Assembly: GCF_964213995.1 (NCBI RefSeq)
Contig: NC_135809.1
Location: forward strand, 9,672,001-9,736,000
DNA: 64,000 nucleotides
Source: Mustelus asterias
Lineage: Eukaryota
Direction: 5' to 3'
The position numbers and the translations under genes were made by a program. Shown here piece after piece: positions 25,334-38,464 of this stretch (positions are counted from its first letter, which is position 1; each line of letters starts with the position of its first letter). The notes under the pieces are model-generated. The model ran no database searches and was not told where the DNA came from. It saw only the letters and a list, made by a program, of their open reading frames with translations.

Positions 25334-25441
25334 CAAATCTGGTCTGTAGTACCTGTGTACTACTTCTGCTCCTGCAAACATTGCGAGAATGCTTGACCCC
25401 AGCATCTTCAGATAACGAGACCAGGACACCCCTGCTGGCAT
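25334..25441 (-). CDS. UQCC6: BRAWNIN/UQCC6 (C12orf73) first coding exon; total protein 67 aa
   Basis: MPAGVSWSRYLKMLGSSILAMFAGAEVVHRYYRPDL|GTGAGT; acceptor 9 nt upstream of the ATG. Confidence 0.93.
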
Positions 25442-25689
25442 CTTTATTTGCTAAAATAGTCTCCTAACTCGCAGTATTGTTGACTGTAAAACAAACGTGG
25501 GACATCATTAAATATTAAGTGAAAACAACTGCAATCATGAATCACCAAAGCAGTTAACTTTTCACAATTTGTACTGTAAAGTGAACTGACAAGATTTCAG
25601 AAATTGAATATTCTGATCAAAGCATATTAATTTGGATACAGTAAAGTGCATTTAAAATCTTCCCACTGTTGCTTGTAGTTACCCCTACC

Positions 25690-26990
25690 AGGGGGGTCTG
25701 TCATCTTGGAATATCATGCTCATTTGTCTTGCATCATCCTCACATCCATTGCAGCCCATCTGCAACCGTTCTTTGACGAAGTCCATCGTACCATGATTGC
25801 CCTTTAGGAGGGATCTCTGTAGTTTTTCAGCTCTGATCAAATGGCTGAAATACTGACGTTTTCTCTTCTGGATATAACTTTTTAAGAGTTCTTTTTGTTC
25901 TTACAATTTATTTTATGGTCTGCAATATCAACTTTTAAGCATTTGTTTGAGCATCCTTGTTTCAAAGGCCTCTATTTTCTTCATGCATCTTTATTTATTC
26001 TCCAGATTTCTGAAACATATGGGAAAGTGGACAGAATGTGGCATCTTGAGTTTGAGTTTTTTTCTTGTTAACACATTTCTTTAGCTTCATAAAATTACTT
26101 CTGGCTCTCTCTATCCTGCTTCTGACTTTCAGCATTGTATCTACTATCTTCAGTTATCACTTGTCCTAAATAGACAAACTTGTTCCAGTATGCCACCATT
26201 CACTTCAATCTTCACTCTCATTTCTTCTAATGTATTCTTTCTGTCTATCACTGTTTTGGTCTTTTGGGTGTTCATGCTCCATCCATGTTCTCAACTTCAA
26301 AATTTTACTTGTTCTATATTTTGTGTAGCCTTTTCTGATTTAGTAGTGTGTTGTCAGTGCACAAGTTTGTTAGGTTCTTGCCTCCATTTTTTAGTCTTAG
26401 AAGTATATCTTGTTGTGTGTTTAGGTTGAATAATTTTGATGACAGTACACAGATTCATCGTACTACTCCCGTCGCTCAAAACATGTCTTGTTATCCATCT
26501 TCCAGTTTGATGTTCACTGTTTGGTTCTAATACAGGCTCTGGATAAATCTCACATCTTTATTGTCAATGTCACATTTCAGTAACATGTCATTGGCACTTG
26601 GTGAAAAAGACAACTGAATGCTTTTTCATAGCCAATAAACTATATGCAAATGTTCTTGTTTATAGATATTTATTAGAGATTGTTCTTAAGTTAAATATTC
26701 CCACTCTTGTTCCTACTCCAGGTCTAATTCCAGACTACTTCACCAATTTCTACTTACATTATTTCTTTTATTTCCAAGATCCCTTTCATGACATTAACGT
26801 TTTGGTTCTAGAATCTAAGATTTTCCGCTGTACCACAGTGTATTGTGCAAACAGCTGAACTGATTCAGATTGCACTTTTGAGTTTTTTTGCTAGTGTTTT
26901 TCTAGACTTATCTTGAAGGCATATGAACTGCATTGCTATGCATGCGATTTGGTGGCTGGTAACAAAACATAAGTTTTGCCACAAGTGTCA
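25690..26990 (-). mobile_element. old RTE-clade LINE fragment
   Basis: Minus-strand MKKIEAFETRMLKQML resembles the RTE ORF C-terminal motif; heavily decayed. Confidence 0.55.
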
Positions 26991-27007
26991 ATTGTTTCTT
27001 CTAAAAA

Positions 27008-27308
27008 GGGCAGCACGGTGGCACAGTGGCCGGCGCTGCTGCCTCACAGCGCCAGGGATCTGGGTTCGATTCCCAGGCTTGGGTCACTGTCTGTGTGGAA
27101 TTTGCACGTTCTCCCCATGTCTTTCAAATGTGGCTTTCCTCCGGGTGCTCCAGTTTCATCCCACAGACCAAAATATGTGTTAGTTAGGTGCATTGGCTAT
27201 GCTAAATTTGCCCTCAGTGTACCCGAACTGGCGCCAGAGTGTGGTGACTGGGGGATTTTAACAGTAACTTCACTGCAGTATTAATGTAAGTCTACATGTG
27301 ACTAATAA
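27008..27308 (+). mobile_element. HE1-like V-SINE, tail type 2
   Basis: Full head, core and type 2 tail. Confidence 0.88.
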
Positions 27309-27979
27309 ATAATCTTTAATTTTAAAATGTTGGCTAATGTACGTAAAGCATGGCGACATGAGAACCTGCTTCTAACACACGTTTTTGACTGAACAAATCC
27401 TCAGTGAGAGTTTAAGATGCAACAACGGCAAAATTTTAATAGATAATCTGCTAATTACTTGAAGTACAACTCAACTAGATTTTTTACTCAGAATTATACC
27501 CATGATACATTTTTAAGTTATAAAATTGCATCCCTTTCCTAACAGCACTGTACGGCGCCACATGGACTGCAGCAGTTCAAGAAGGCAATGTCTTTGAGGG
27601 CAACCAAGAACAGGCAGCAAAGGTGTTGCCTTGCCAATCTTGCTCATATCCTATGAAAGCATGAAAAAAAAATTGTTTCAGATGTAATTTTATCTTCTAA
27701 AAAACGTGTAGCTCTAGGATTGGGCACAAGCATACATAGCAGAACAAACTTCAGAATATGTGCAAAACAAAAGCATATACTATTTTTTTTACTCTTCACT
27801 CGGAGGGCGAGGAATCTTTCAAATTCCCCACCCACGAGAGTTGTGGATACTCAGTTGTTGGATATTTACGACTTTATGGGTAGATTTTGAATTCTTAAAG
27901 GAATCAAGAGATATGGAGATTGGGCAGCAAAGTAGAGCTGTGGTAGATGCACAGCCATGAGTGACATTGTTGAATAGCA

Positions 27980-28320
27980 GACGCTTTCCGCTGCCTTGGA
28001 AAAGCAGCCAGCATAATTAAGGACCCCACGCACCCCGGGCATTCTCTCTTCCACCTTCTTCCATCGGGAAAAAGATACAAAAGTCTGAGGTCACGTACCA
28101 ACCGACTCAAGAACAGCTTCTTCCCTGCTGACATCAGACTTTTGAATGGACTTACCTTGCATTAAGTTGATCTTTCTCTACACCCTAGCTATGACTGTAA
28201 CAGTACTTTCTACACCTTTTACTTTCTTTCTCTATGAACGGTATGCTTTGTCCGTATAGCGCGCAAGAAACAATACTTTTCACTGTATGCTAATACATGT
28301 GACAATATATCAAATCAAAC
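27980..28320 (+). mobile_element. Rex1/Babar-like LINE 3' end
   Basis: Closely similar to ~31370-31680. Confidence 0.8.
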
Positions 28321-29244
28321 GTGAGGGGTCATACATATGAAATAGGTGCAGGTCTACTCCGAATTTTTAAGATCGCCTGGGATATTGTGCACTGGTAATC
28401 TGATGTCTGAGGCATGACTACACTTAGCTGCTATTTCAGCCTGTTCGAGAGAGAACACTTGGTCACATGTTTCCTGTGGACAGAATGATATATCAGGAGG
28501 ATAGCTGAGATTATACAGCTGGAAGTTTCTCTAGATAGCCAGCTGCATAACTTCCCCCTTGGGCAGATGCCAAGCAATCTTACAATTAGAAAAACAAGAT
28601 AGGAAATAGCTGCTTTTCTTTCATTTTTGATAGTTTTGAAAAAAGTTAATTTGGGATTCTTTCATAAAACGTGTTAGAACATTCGGAACACAGAAAATTA
28701 TATTATTCGGGTAGGTGTGATAAACGAGTGGACTGGAATTGACATAGCACATTCCTCAAGATATACTTCACAGCCAATTAATTAGTTAGCTGCTTGTAAC
28801 CTCCTGAGCATTTTGTTAACTTATCCTTTTCACAAAGTCTATCTGATCTGCTGAGTGTTTATAGCAACTGCAATAGTTTCAGTTTATTAAGAGAAAAGAG
28901 CACAGCTGCACAGACTGGTTGGACCAAACAATCCATCCCTATATTGTGAATTCTATGGCAAGGGAAGGGCAACTCCTTAACTCTTGTATCCGCGAGACTG
29001 AGTTACATACCATCTAATTGAATTGCTGATGAAGCTGGGGATAATTTGGCCTTGGAGGGAATGTAATGTTCATTTACCAGATTGATACTTTGGGGGGGGG
29101 GGGGGGGGGGGGTGTCCAAGTGGAGACATTACACAAACTACAGATGCTGTCAGACCTGCTGAGATTTTCAAGCATTTTCTGTTTTTTTGTGAGGGATTAG
29201 AGTACGTGAATGCGAGACGAGAGTATGTTCGAAATATGAGTATA

Positions 29245-29730
29245 TAGAATCCCTACAGTGTAAAAGGAGGCAGTTTGGCCCATCGAGTCTGCATCAACTC
29301 TCCTGACAGAGCATCTTACCCAGGCCTACCTTCTCACCTATCCCCACAACCCACATATTTACCACGCTAATCTGCACATCTTTGGACACTAAGGGGGCAA
29401 GTTAATTGGCAGGAAAATAGCATTGATGTTTGTTTGGAGGACTGGGGCAGACATGATGGGCCAAATGGCCTCGTCCTGTGCCATATTTCTGTGAAAGGTG
29501 TTGGAGGCAGAGGCTGGAATTTTACCACTCTGCCTACCACGGGAATCAGACCGGGAAAGGGGCGGAGAATGGGAAAGTCCATTGATCTCAATCCACCTAA
29601 CCTGCACATCTTTGAAGTGTGGGAGGAAACTGGGACACGCAGAGGAAACCCACACAGACATGGAGAACATGCTAACTCCACACAGTCACCCAAGGCTGAA
29701 ATCAAATTCGGGTCCCTGGCACTGAGAGCC
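29245..29730 (-). mobile_element. HE1-like V-SINE interrupted by other repeat fragments
   Basis: Tail ~29245-29400, head/core ~29590-29730. Confidence 0.75.
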
Positions 29731-29964
29731 ACACACGAGTGTACAAGTGATGACTAAGATGAGAATGTGAGACAGAGATATGAGAGAGTGCATGTGTGAG
29801 AGGAGTGTGTCGAACATGAGAATCCAGCAGCTCTCTTCCCATTTGAACCAAAGGAGCAGTGACACCCCTCCCACTAAAACTAACAAAGATAAGACTCAAG
29901 TACACTTTTTGAGCAAGAGAACTTTTTAATTAAAAATAAACATATATATATATATAAGAAATAA

Positions 29965-31682
29965 ATTGTGCCAAAGAAGCGAATCTGCGTGTTTCCCAAC
30001 CAGAAACCATGGATGAACAGGAATATCCACTGCTTGCTGAAGTCTAGGCGTGAGGCGTTCAAGTCAGGCGAACCTGATCTGTACAAGAAAGGCAGATATG
30101 ATCTACGGAGATCTTTCAAAGATGCCAAAAGACAATACCGGACCAAACTTGAGTCCCAGACTAGCCACACAGACCCCGGCCGACTATGGCAAAGCCCGCA
30201 AGACATAACAGGCTACAAGATGAAGACATGGATGGGATACCCAGACGAGCACTCGGATCCTGCACGGTTCAACTGGCAGGGGTATTCGCAGACATCTTCA
30301 ACCTCTCTTTACAACAATCTGAGGTCCCTATCTGCTTCAAGAAGACGACCATCATCCCAGTATCAACAAAAAGCCAAGCAGCGTGCCTTAATGACTATCG
30401 TCCAGTGGCTCTGACATCCATCATTATGAAGTGCTTTGAAAGATTAGTCATAGCACAAATCAATTCCAGCCTCCCGGATTGCCTGGATCCATTACAGTTC
30501 ACCTACCACTGCAACAGGTCCACAGCAGATGCCATCTCCCTAGCCTGCACTCAACCCTGGAACACCTAGATAACAAAGATACCTGCGTCAGACTTCTATT
30601 TATTGACAACAGCTCAGCCTTCAACATCATTATTCCTACGAAACTCATCTCCAAACTCCATGGCCTGGACCTCAGTTCCTCCCTTTACGACTGGATCCTG
30701 AACTTCCTAACCCACAGACCACACAATCAGTAAGGATAAGCAATAACACCTCCACGATCATCCTCAACACCAGTGCCCCATAAAGCTGTATTCTCATCCC
30801 CCTACTATGCTCCTTATACATGTATGACAGCGTGGCCAAATTCCCCTCCAATTCAATTTTCAAGTTTGCTGATGACACCACCATTGTGGGTCGGATCTCA
30901 AGCAATAACGAGACAGAGTGCAGGAATAAGATAGAGAATCTGGTGAACTGGTGCGACGAAAATAATCACCCCCTCAACATCAACAAAATGAAGGAGACAG
31001 TCATTGACTTCAGGAAACGTAGTGGAGAACATGTCCCTGTCTACATCAATGGGAACGAAATAGAAACGGTCGAAAACTTCAAGTTTTTAGGTGTCCAGAA
31101 CACCAACAACCTGTCCTGGTCCCCCCATGCCAACACTATAGTTAAGAAAGCCCACCAATGCCTCTACTTTCTCAGAAGACTAAGGAAATTTGGCATGTCA
31201 GCTATGACTCTCACCAACTTTTACAGATGCACCATAGAAAGCATTCTTTCTGGTTGTATCACAACTTGGTATGGCTCCTGCTCTGCCGAAGACCGCAAGA
31301 AACGACAAAAGGTAGCGAGTAGCCCAATCCATCACGCAAACCAGCCTCCCATCCATTGACTGTCTACACTTCCCACTGCCCCAGCAAAGCAGCCAGCATA
31401 ATTAAAGACCCCATGCACCCCAGACATTCTCTCTTCCACCTTCTTCCATCGGGAAAAAGATACAAAAGTCTGAGGTCATGTACCAACTGACTCAAGAACA
31501 ACTTCTACCCTGTTGCTGTCAGACTTTTGGATGGACCTATCTCGCATTAAGTTGATCTTTCTCTACACCCCAGCTATGATTGTAACACTACATTCTGCGC
31601 TCTCTCCTTCTCTATGAATGATATGCCTTATGCCTACAAGAAACAATACTGCATATTAATACATATAACAATAATAAATCAA
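29965..31682 (+). mobile_element. Rex1/Babar-like LINE, truncated and frameshifted RT
   Basis: [52 protein letters not shown]. Confidence 0.88.
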
Positions 31683-31968
31683 AACACTTTTATAAATTAG
31701 GCTTTTGCACCCGAGTGGTCTGGCTCTTCACAATAAGAATGTTCCTTCAGTGCTCTTTGGAGGTCAAAAGGGTTCAGTGGCTGGAAAAGTTTGGGAAACC
31801 CTGATCTAACACCCTCTTGAAAGTCTCAATGGAACCTACTTCCAGGCAGTGGATTCCAGGCTCTCTTTTTCCCTCATATGCTGCTCTCGCCTCCCCTTAG
31901 ATCTATCTCCACCATTCATTCACCTTATCCCCATTAGCCAGTTCCACATGCTTATCACTCTCTGGGTA

Positions 31969-32253
31969 AGGAGTCTCACAACACCAGGTTAAAGTCCAAC
32001 AGGTTTATTTGGTAGCACAAGCTTTCGGAGCGCTGCTCCTTCATCAGGTGAGTGAGGAGCTGTGTTCACAAACAGGGCCTATATAGATACAGACTCAATT
32101 TACAAGATACTCTCTGGGTATGATGTGGAGATGCCGGCGTTGGACTGGGGTAAACACAGTAAGGAGTCTCACAACACCTGGTTAAAGTCTGACAGGTTTA
32201 TTTGGTAGCAAAAGCCACTAGCTTACGGAGCGCTGCTCCTTCTCAGGTGAGTG
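31969..32253 (-). mobile_element. two tandem Penelope-like terminal-repeat insertions
   Basis: ACTCTCTGGGTA occurs three times (31957-31968, 32109-32120, 32254-32265) around two family copies. Confidence 0.85.
32016..32050 (-). ncRNA. minimal type I hammerhead ribozyme motif with intact core
   Basis: CAC-CUGAUGA-A-GGAGC-AGC-GCUCC-GAAA-GC-UU-GUG. Confidence 0.7.
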
Positions 32254-33022
32254 ACTCTCTGGGTACACAGATTTCTTCAGAATTCCCAGTCACTAAAAAG
32301 CTGGAACAGGCTCCAGGGGTTAAATTACCTCCTTTTGAAGCACAGCTTCCATTCAGGCAAGGTGTTTACCCTCTCCCAGCCCCACTCGCACTCACCCCAT
32401 TCACACTCACCCTCCTGCCGCTCCTCCAGTGCTTTAACCTCCAGCCTGCGCAGGGAGGCGGATGTGCTTCACTCGCAAACGTCCCCTCACTGCGCTGCGC
32501 GAACATTGGTTCCACCCTCCGGAAACAGCCCCGGGGTGCCGCTTCCTTCCTTGACCAGAGCCAGCTTTAAAATAAAGGAATGCGTTACTGACCAGTCATT
32601 AACCCGGCCTCCTCACCCCTGCACTGACCACACTACCCCCTTGCCCTCCGGACTCTCTCGCGCCACCTCACACACACCGACCGTTAGCAATGGAACCCCC
32701 AGCCCAGTTCAAACCGGGTTATACCAATATTGCAAGAGGGGGGGAAACACAAAACACTAAATGTGAATATTGTTACCTCCATCACAGTAAGTGAAGTTTC
32801 AATCACTGATTGGGAAATGTACAATATAAAACTTAACTATCCATCACTTTAAGGCCGGTCGATTGTTTGATTCTTGTGATCTCTCTTACTCTGGGTTTTG
32901 TCTCCCCCCCTCTCTCTCCAGCAGTGCTTGGTGAAGTCTGGCCCGCGTGCGCCCCCTGCGGCAGGGGGCGGGCGGCCCCTTTTGTTTGGCGGGGCTGCCC
33001 GGCTTTCCCCTCACAGGCGACC

Positions 33023-33081
33023 ATGGAGGCGCAGCGGCAGCTGGTAGGCCCGGGGCTGCCTTCCGAATACTTCCACAACTG
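33023..33081 (+). CDS. TDG: G/T mismatch-specific thymine DNA glycosylase, coding exon 1 (10 coding exons, 1242 nt, 413 aa)
   Basis: ACC-ATG-G, MEAQRQLVGPGLPSEYFHN-TG|GTGAG; frame continues through the next exons. Confidence 0.78.
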
Positions 33082-33182
33082 GTGAGCGAATGGATCGGGC
33101 CTAGCCCCCCCCCCAGCCGCCAAATCCTTCTCTCCGATCCCTGACTATAACCTTCTCTAACCCCCTTTGTGTTAACCTTCAG

Positions 33183-33304
33183 GTCCAACAACTCCGGCCC
33201 GGCACCACCTCTCCAGCCGGCCCAGGTTCAGGCCCAGCCACCGGTAGGAGGCCATCCCGTCAACGCGGAGGAGGCCGTAGCCTCGCCGCCAGAGGCCGGT
33301 CAGG
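33183..33304 (+). CDS. TDG: TDG coding exon 2
   Basis: AG/GT bounded, Pro/Gln/Ala-rich, phases fit the flanking exons. Confidence 0.78.
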
Positions 33305-33762
33305 GTAAGAGAGGAGTCTCCAGGCCTGACCAGAAGCGTTTATAATCGTGAAACACACCGCACAACAACAATAAACTCCGCCTGGACCATGTTTTTAAAT
33401 GAAGCATAAAATCATCGCCCTTTCTGCCACTTGTTGGCTGCCCTCGGTGTTGGGGTTGGGGGGGAGGGTGGAAGTGACCTGGTTCCGATAACAACAAGTA
33501 ACTGGAGCTCTTCTGCTCAGATTGACGACACCTTTTGGTAGAGAATGACACGTCCCAAGGCTCTTCGCACAAGATAATAATTACTCTCAGCCACGTAGGG
33601 AGACTTTAAGTCAGCTGAGCAAAAACAAAACTTGGGCAACGAGTTAGATCTTAAAGAAGGAAAGCGAGAGAGCAACTGAAGGCAGGGGCCATTAATAAAT
33701 GGGGAGAGAGGGAGGGGGGTAAATTAGGGATGTTCAAGAGGCCAGAAATTGTAGGAGTGAAT

Positions 33763-34621
33763 AATAGAATCCCTGCAGTGCAGAAGGAGTCCATCCAGTC
33801 TGCATCGACCACAATCCCACCCAGATCTCCGGCACGGTAGCACAGTGGTTAGCACTGCTGCTTCACAGCTCCAGGGTCCCGGGTTCGATTCCCGGCTCGG
33901 GTCACTGTCTGTGTGGAGTTTGCGCATTCTCCTCGTGTCTGCGTGGGTTTTCTCCGGGTGCTCCGGTTTCCTCCCACAGTCCAAAGATGTGCGGGTGAGG
34001 TTGATTGGCCAGGTTAAAAAAAAAATTGCCCCATAGAGTCCTGAGATACGTAGGTTAGAGGGATTAGCGGGTAAATATGTGGGGGTAGGGCCTGGGTGGG
34101 ATTGTGGTCGGTGCAGACTCGATGGGCCGAATGGCCTCCTGCACCATAGGGTTTCTATGATGATTTCTATGATCTTATCCCCATACATTTACTCTAGCTC
34201 ACCCCCCCCCCCCCCCCCCCGACATTATGGCTAATCCACCTAACCTGCACATCTTTGTAGTGGAGATATTTTGTAGGATTATAGGCCATGGAGGGGTGAG
34301 ATTTATTTTAAAAATGGGGTGTTACTTGATCTGTAGATTTTAGTTCAGTTTATTTTTAGTGTCACAAGTAGGCTTGCATTAACATTGCAGTGAATTTATT
34401 ATGGAAAATCCCCCAGTTGCCACGCTCTGGCACCTGTTCGGGTACACTGAGCGAGAATTTAGCATGGCCAATCCACCTAGCCAGCACGTCTTTCACATTG
34501 CAGGAGGAAACCAACGCAGGCGGGGAGAACGTGCAGACTCCGCACAGGCAGTGACCCACACCAGGAATCGAACCTGGGTCCCTGGAGCTGTGAGGCAGCA
34601 GCATTAACCACTGTGCTGCCC
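33763..34621. mobile_element. cluster of HE1-like V-SINEs (+ copy ~33829-34160, - copy ~34355-34621, plus - fragments)
   Basis: Family match on both strands. Confidence 0.85.
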
Positions 34622-34627
34622 ATGATA

Positions 34628-35610
34628 GATCAGCAATATAAGTGGTTTTGGTTGAGTGGGCAGAGAAGTGGCACATGGAATTCAATATGGAAAAGTGTGA
34701 GGTAATGCATTTGGGGCGGGCAAATAAAGCAAGCAAATATTCAAAATAAACAGGAAGATTTTGAGATAAAGGAAGAATACTGTGGATGCTGGAATCTGAA
34801 GCAGAAAATGCTGCAAGATCTCAGCAGATCTGACAGCATCTATGGAGAGAGAATAAAGTCTGGATGACCCTTCATCTGCTGATATTGAGAGGGGTTGAAG
34901 GCGTGAGCGACCTTGGAGTGCATGTCCACAGGTCCTTAAAGATGACAAGATAGGTGGACAGGGCAGTCAAGAAAGCATATAGAATGCTTTCCTTTATTGG
35001 GCAAGGTATTGAAAAGCAGGGATGTAACAATGGAACTGTATAAAACTCTGGGTAGGCCACAGCTGATGTTTTGTGCACAGTTCTGGTCACCACGTTACAG
35101 GACAGACGTAATTGCTGTGGGTAGAATATGGAGGGGCTTTGATAGATTGTTGTCAGGTCTTGAAAATTGCAGCTATAATGAGAATTTGGATAAGCTTAAG
35201 GTTGTTTACCTTGGAACTGAGGAGGCTAGGGGGTGACATAATGGAGGTGTACAAAATTATGAGAGGCCTAGGCAGGAAAAACTTGTCTTCCCCCAGTTGA
35301 GGGGTCAATTACCAGGGGACATAGATTTAAGGTGATTGGTAGAAGGATTAGAGGAGACAGGAGATAAAACTTTTTCACCCAGAGGGTGGTGGGTATCTGA
35401 ATTCACTGCCTAAATTGATGGTTGAGGCTAGAAATCTCAATTCATTTAAAAGGTGCCCAGATCTGGATGTGAAATGCTATAACCTGCAAGGCTATGGATG
35501 AGGTGCAGGAAGTGGGACTAAAATGAGCAGCTAGTTTCCTCCTTCTGAATGGTGCAGGCACGATGGACTGAATGGCTTCTTTCTGCACTGTAGCCTTTTA
35601 TTGGTTCTAG
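34628..35610 (+). mobile_element. CR1-type LINE 3' fragment with a nested short repeat (~34775-34876)
   Basis: MELYKTLGRPQLMFCAQFWSP and a CR1 tail. Confidence 0.8.
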
Positions 35611-38464
35611 GTCAATGAACACAGAGGTAATAGGTAAACAGGACTTGTTTTTATCACAAGCAGAATTTTGGATGATCTCAAGCTTGTGTCAGGCAGAAAG
35701 TGGGAAGTTGGCCAGGAGTTTGTCGGTGTAGTCAATCCTAGAGATAAGACACAAAAACGGGTTTTGGCAGCAGGTGAACTGAGGTGAATAGTTGACGTTA
35801 CAAAAGTGGAAACAAAAGGTCTCTGTGATGGGGTTCAGACATGACATCAAGGTTACAAACCGTCTAACCTGATAGTTGCCTAGAAGAATGGCATTAGTGG
35901 CTAATGTTTGTGGTACAGACTGTTGACAATGGCTTTGGTCTTCCTGGTATTTAATTAGAAGAAATTCCAGCTCATCCAATGCGAAGACCATAAGATGTAG
36001 GAGCAGGAGTAGGCCATTCAGCTTGCTGACTCTGCTTCACCATTCAATGAGATTATGATTGATCTGATGTGATAATCCTCAATTCCACTTTCCTGCCTTG
36101 TCCCCATAACCCTTGATTCCCTTGCTGATTAAAGTCTTGTCTATGCTAAATGCTGGACAAGCAATTTGACATTTGAGAGATGGTGGACGGGTGATGAGAG
36201 GTGGTGGTAAGGTAAAGCAGTCTAGTCAGCATATGTATGGCAAGTGGTGGTGTGATTTTGCATGATGTAATTGAGCGGCAGCATGTAAATGAGATATAGG
36301 ATGGGGTCCAGGATAGACTTTTGGGAACACCATAGATAATGGTACAATAGCAGGAAGAAAAGTGGTGCCCTGGCGAAAGACTAGATACATGTGATTAAAA
36401 ACTGAGCAAACGTAGTCTCAGCTAGCTCACTGTTTTGGATTAGGACGATTTAGTCAACCTTCAAAAGGCTGCAAGCATGTTGAGAGGACAACGAGGACGG
36501 TTCACTATTGTCAAAGTCACACAGGATGTTCTAGGAGAGATGGGCAGGCAATATCACATTCAATGGCCTGGGAGAGAAGAGGGGTGTTGGAGATGGAGTG
36601 TCTGCAGGGCTGGAGGAGTCAAGGTTGGTTTTCTGGTGAGATGGGTTAATGACAGCAATTTTGAAGGATGGGGGACAGTACCTAAGGAGAAAAAACTCAG
36701 AAAATGTTCAGCTCAAATGAGAGTCAGGGAGGGAAATTGGCTCACTGGCAGTTTCATGAGAATAGGTTCAAGGGGGCAAAACTAGGTCTCATGAATGAGA
36801 TGAGCTCAGAGGGCATGAGGGAAGAAACGAGATAGGTTTGAGGTTGGGCCAGGGGGAGCATAGAAAATAGGAGGAGGCCATTCGGCCCTTCAAGCCTGCT
36901 CTGCCATTCATTATGATCATGGCTGATCATCCAACTCAATAGCCTATCATGCCTTTCCACCACCACCGTCCCCCGTTCCCCTCCCCCTTCGCCTCAAGTG
37001 CTACATCTAATTACTTCTTGAAGATATTCAATGTTTTGGCCTCAACTACTTTTTGTGGTAGCAAATTCCAAAGCCTGACCACTCTCTGGGTGAAGAAATT
37101 TCTCCTCATCTCTATCTTAAATGGTCTACCCCATATTCTCAGATTGTGACCCTTGGTTCTAGATGCCCCCAGCATTAGGAATGGCCAATAGATGCATTGC
37201 CCACACCCTGAAAGTAATTTAAGTTGTGAGATGACACTTAATTCAGCTTTGTATACTTTGTTAATTTTGTTAACTTCCTCACAATCAATTCAATGTCCGC
37301 TTTCAGTGCTTGTATTTGCACATGTAAATACTGCTTGTTTAGAGCTGACCATAAGATTTCAGGGTGTGAGCCCCAAAACGAACGGAATCAACAGCATTAG
37401 ATTTCTTAATTTTTGGCATTTTATTATGTCACTAACAATTACTAACATTGCTTCATATTTTGACACGTTTTAAATGTTAAAATTGCAGTTTGTGCAACTA
37501 TAATAAATAAACTATAATATATAAATCTTGGGCAGAGGGAAAGTTATAATACAATAACAAGTAATTTTTGGGAGGGTGTAACAATGTTCTGTAAGATAGA
37601 AAAATTATATTACTAACGTGTCAGTTCTCTATCTTTTCAACCTCTACTGTATTAATAATTTCCTCTTATATCAATTATCTAATAACCTGTTCCCTGAATG
37701 TTGCCGTTGTGTTTAGCCTGCACCACTGTAAAGATCAGAAACTATTGAATTCAATTAATTCCTTTCCTTATCCCTCCCCCTCCATTTGTGACCTCTGTTT
37801 ACTTCTATTGCACAAATTGCGGAACAATACGTGTTAACTCCTGGGTTATTCAGCGGAATAATTCACCTCTGGAGAGTTAATTCTCTTCCCTGATGCTGTG
37901 CACACAACTTTGAAGTGATAACAGTGTATCATCACGCAAATCTTTTTTTTTTGCATGGTGTTTCACAGACATAGACTTACAACATTGCATTTTTAATCCT
38001 GCTGCTAGCAGCAATTCTGACTCTGGAACTAGTATGAACAAAACACCTCCTAACAATATGGAAATTTGCCTCAAGATTTTCTTTCTACTAGATGTAATCA
38101 TAAATAGATTATTTGCTGGTTCCACCATTTTGTCCCTGCTGTGAATGGGCAGAGAGTTCTCAACCAGCCTCATAAACTGTTAATGTAATTTGTGACTCAC
38201 TGACATATAGTGGACTTTGTTCGAAGAAGACTTGTGGCCAGAAACTTTAGAATTACAATTGATTTTCATTTTGTAAATAAATCTTTTTATCAAAATGTAT
38301 CTTCATTGCCAAAATGTAATGTCTATTTATATGCTTTTAAAAGTATATAACTTTGCTGAAGTATCATTCAAGGTCTATGTCTGCTTATAAGACTGGTCGA
38401 AGTTGGTGACTTAAGTGAGCTATGGATGAAATATTCATTGATGCAGTGGTGATTGATTATCAAG

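Larger units (their letters stand above)
32400..33360. promoter_or_regulatory. CpG island, likely bidirectional UQCC6/TDG promoter
   Basis: High GC and CpG content; CCAAT boxes on both strands; candidate minus-strand donor AGG|GTGAGT at ~32410 and plus-strand donor ACA|GTAAGT at 32787. Confidence 0.7.

Noticed and set aside
29091-29112. Poly-G run (and poly-C at 34202-34220)
   Set aside because: Simple homopolymers within repeat fragments; no further structure
32202-33191. Several 70-170-aa ORFs over the CpG island
   Set aside because: GC-rich stop-poor sequence; only the MEAQ...HNW segment fits the TDG exon chain
34775-34876. Third hammerhead-like repeat (minus-strand GATGAAGGGTCATCC)
   Set aside because: Truncated: lacks the start of the core and the GAAA half, so no fold can be supported here
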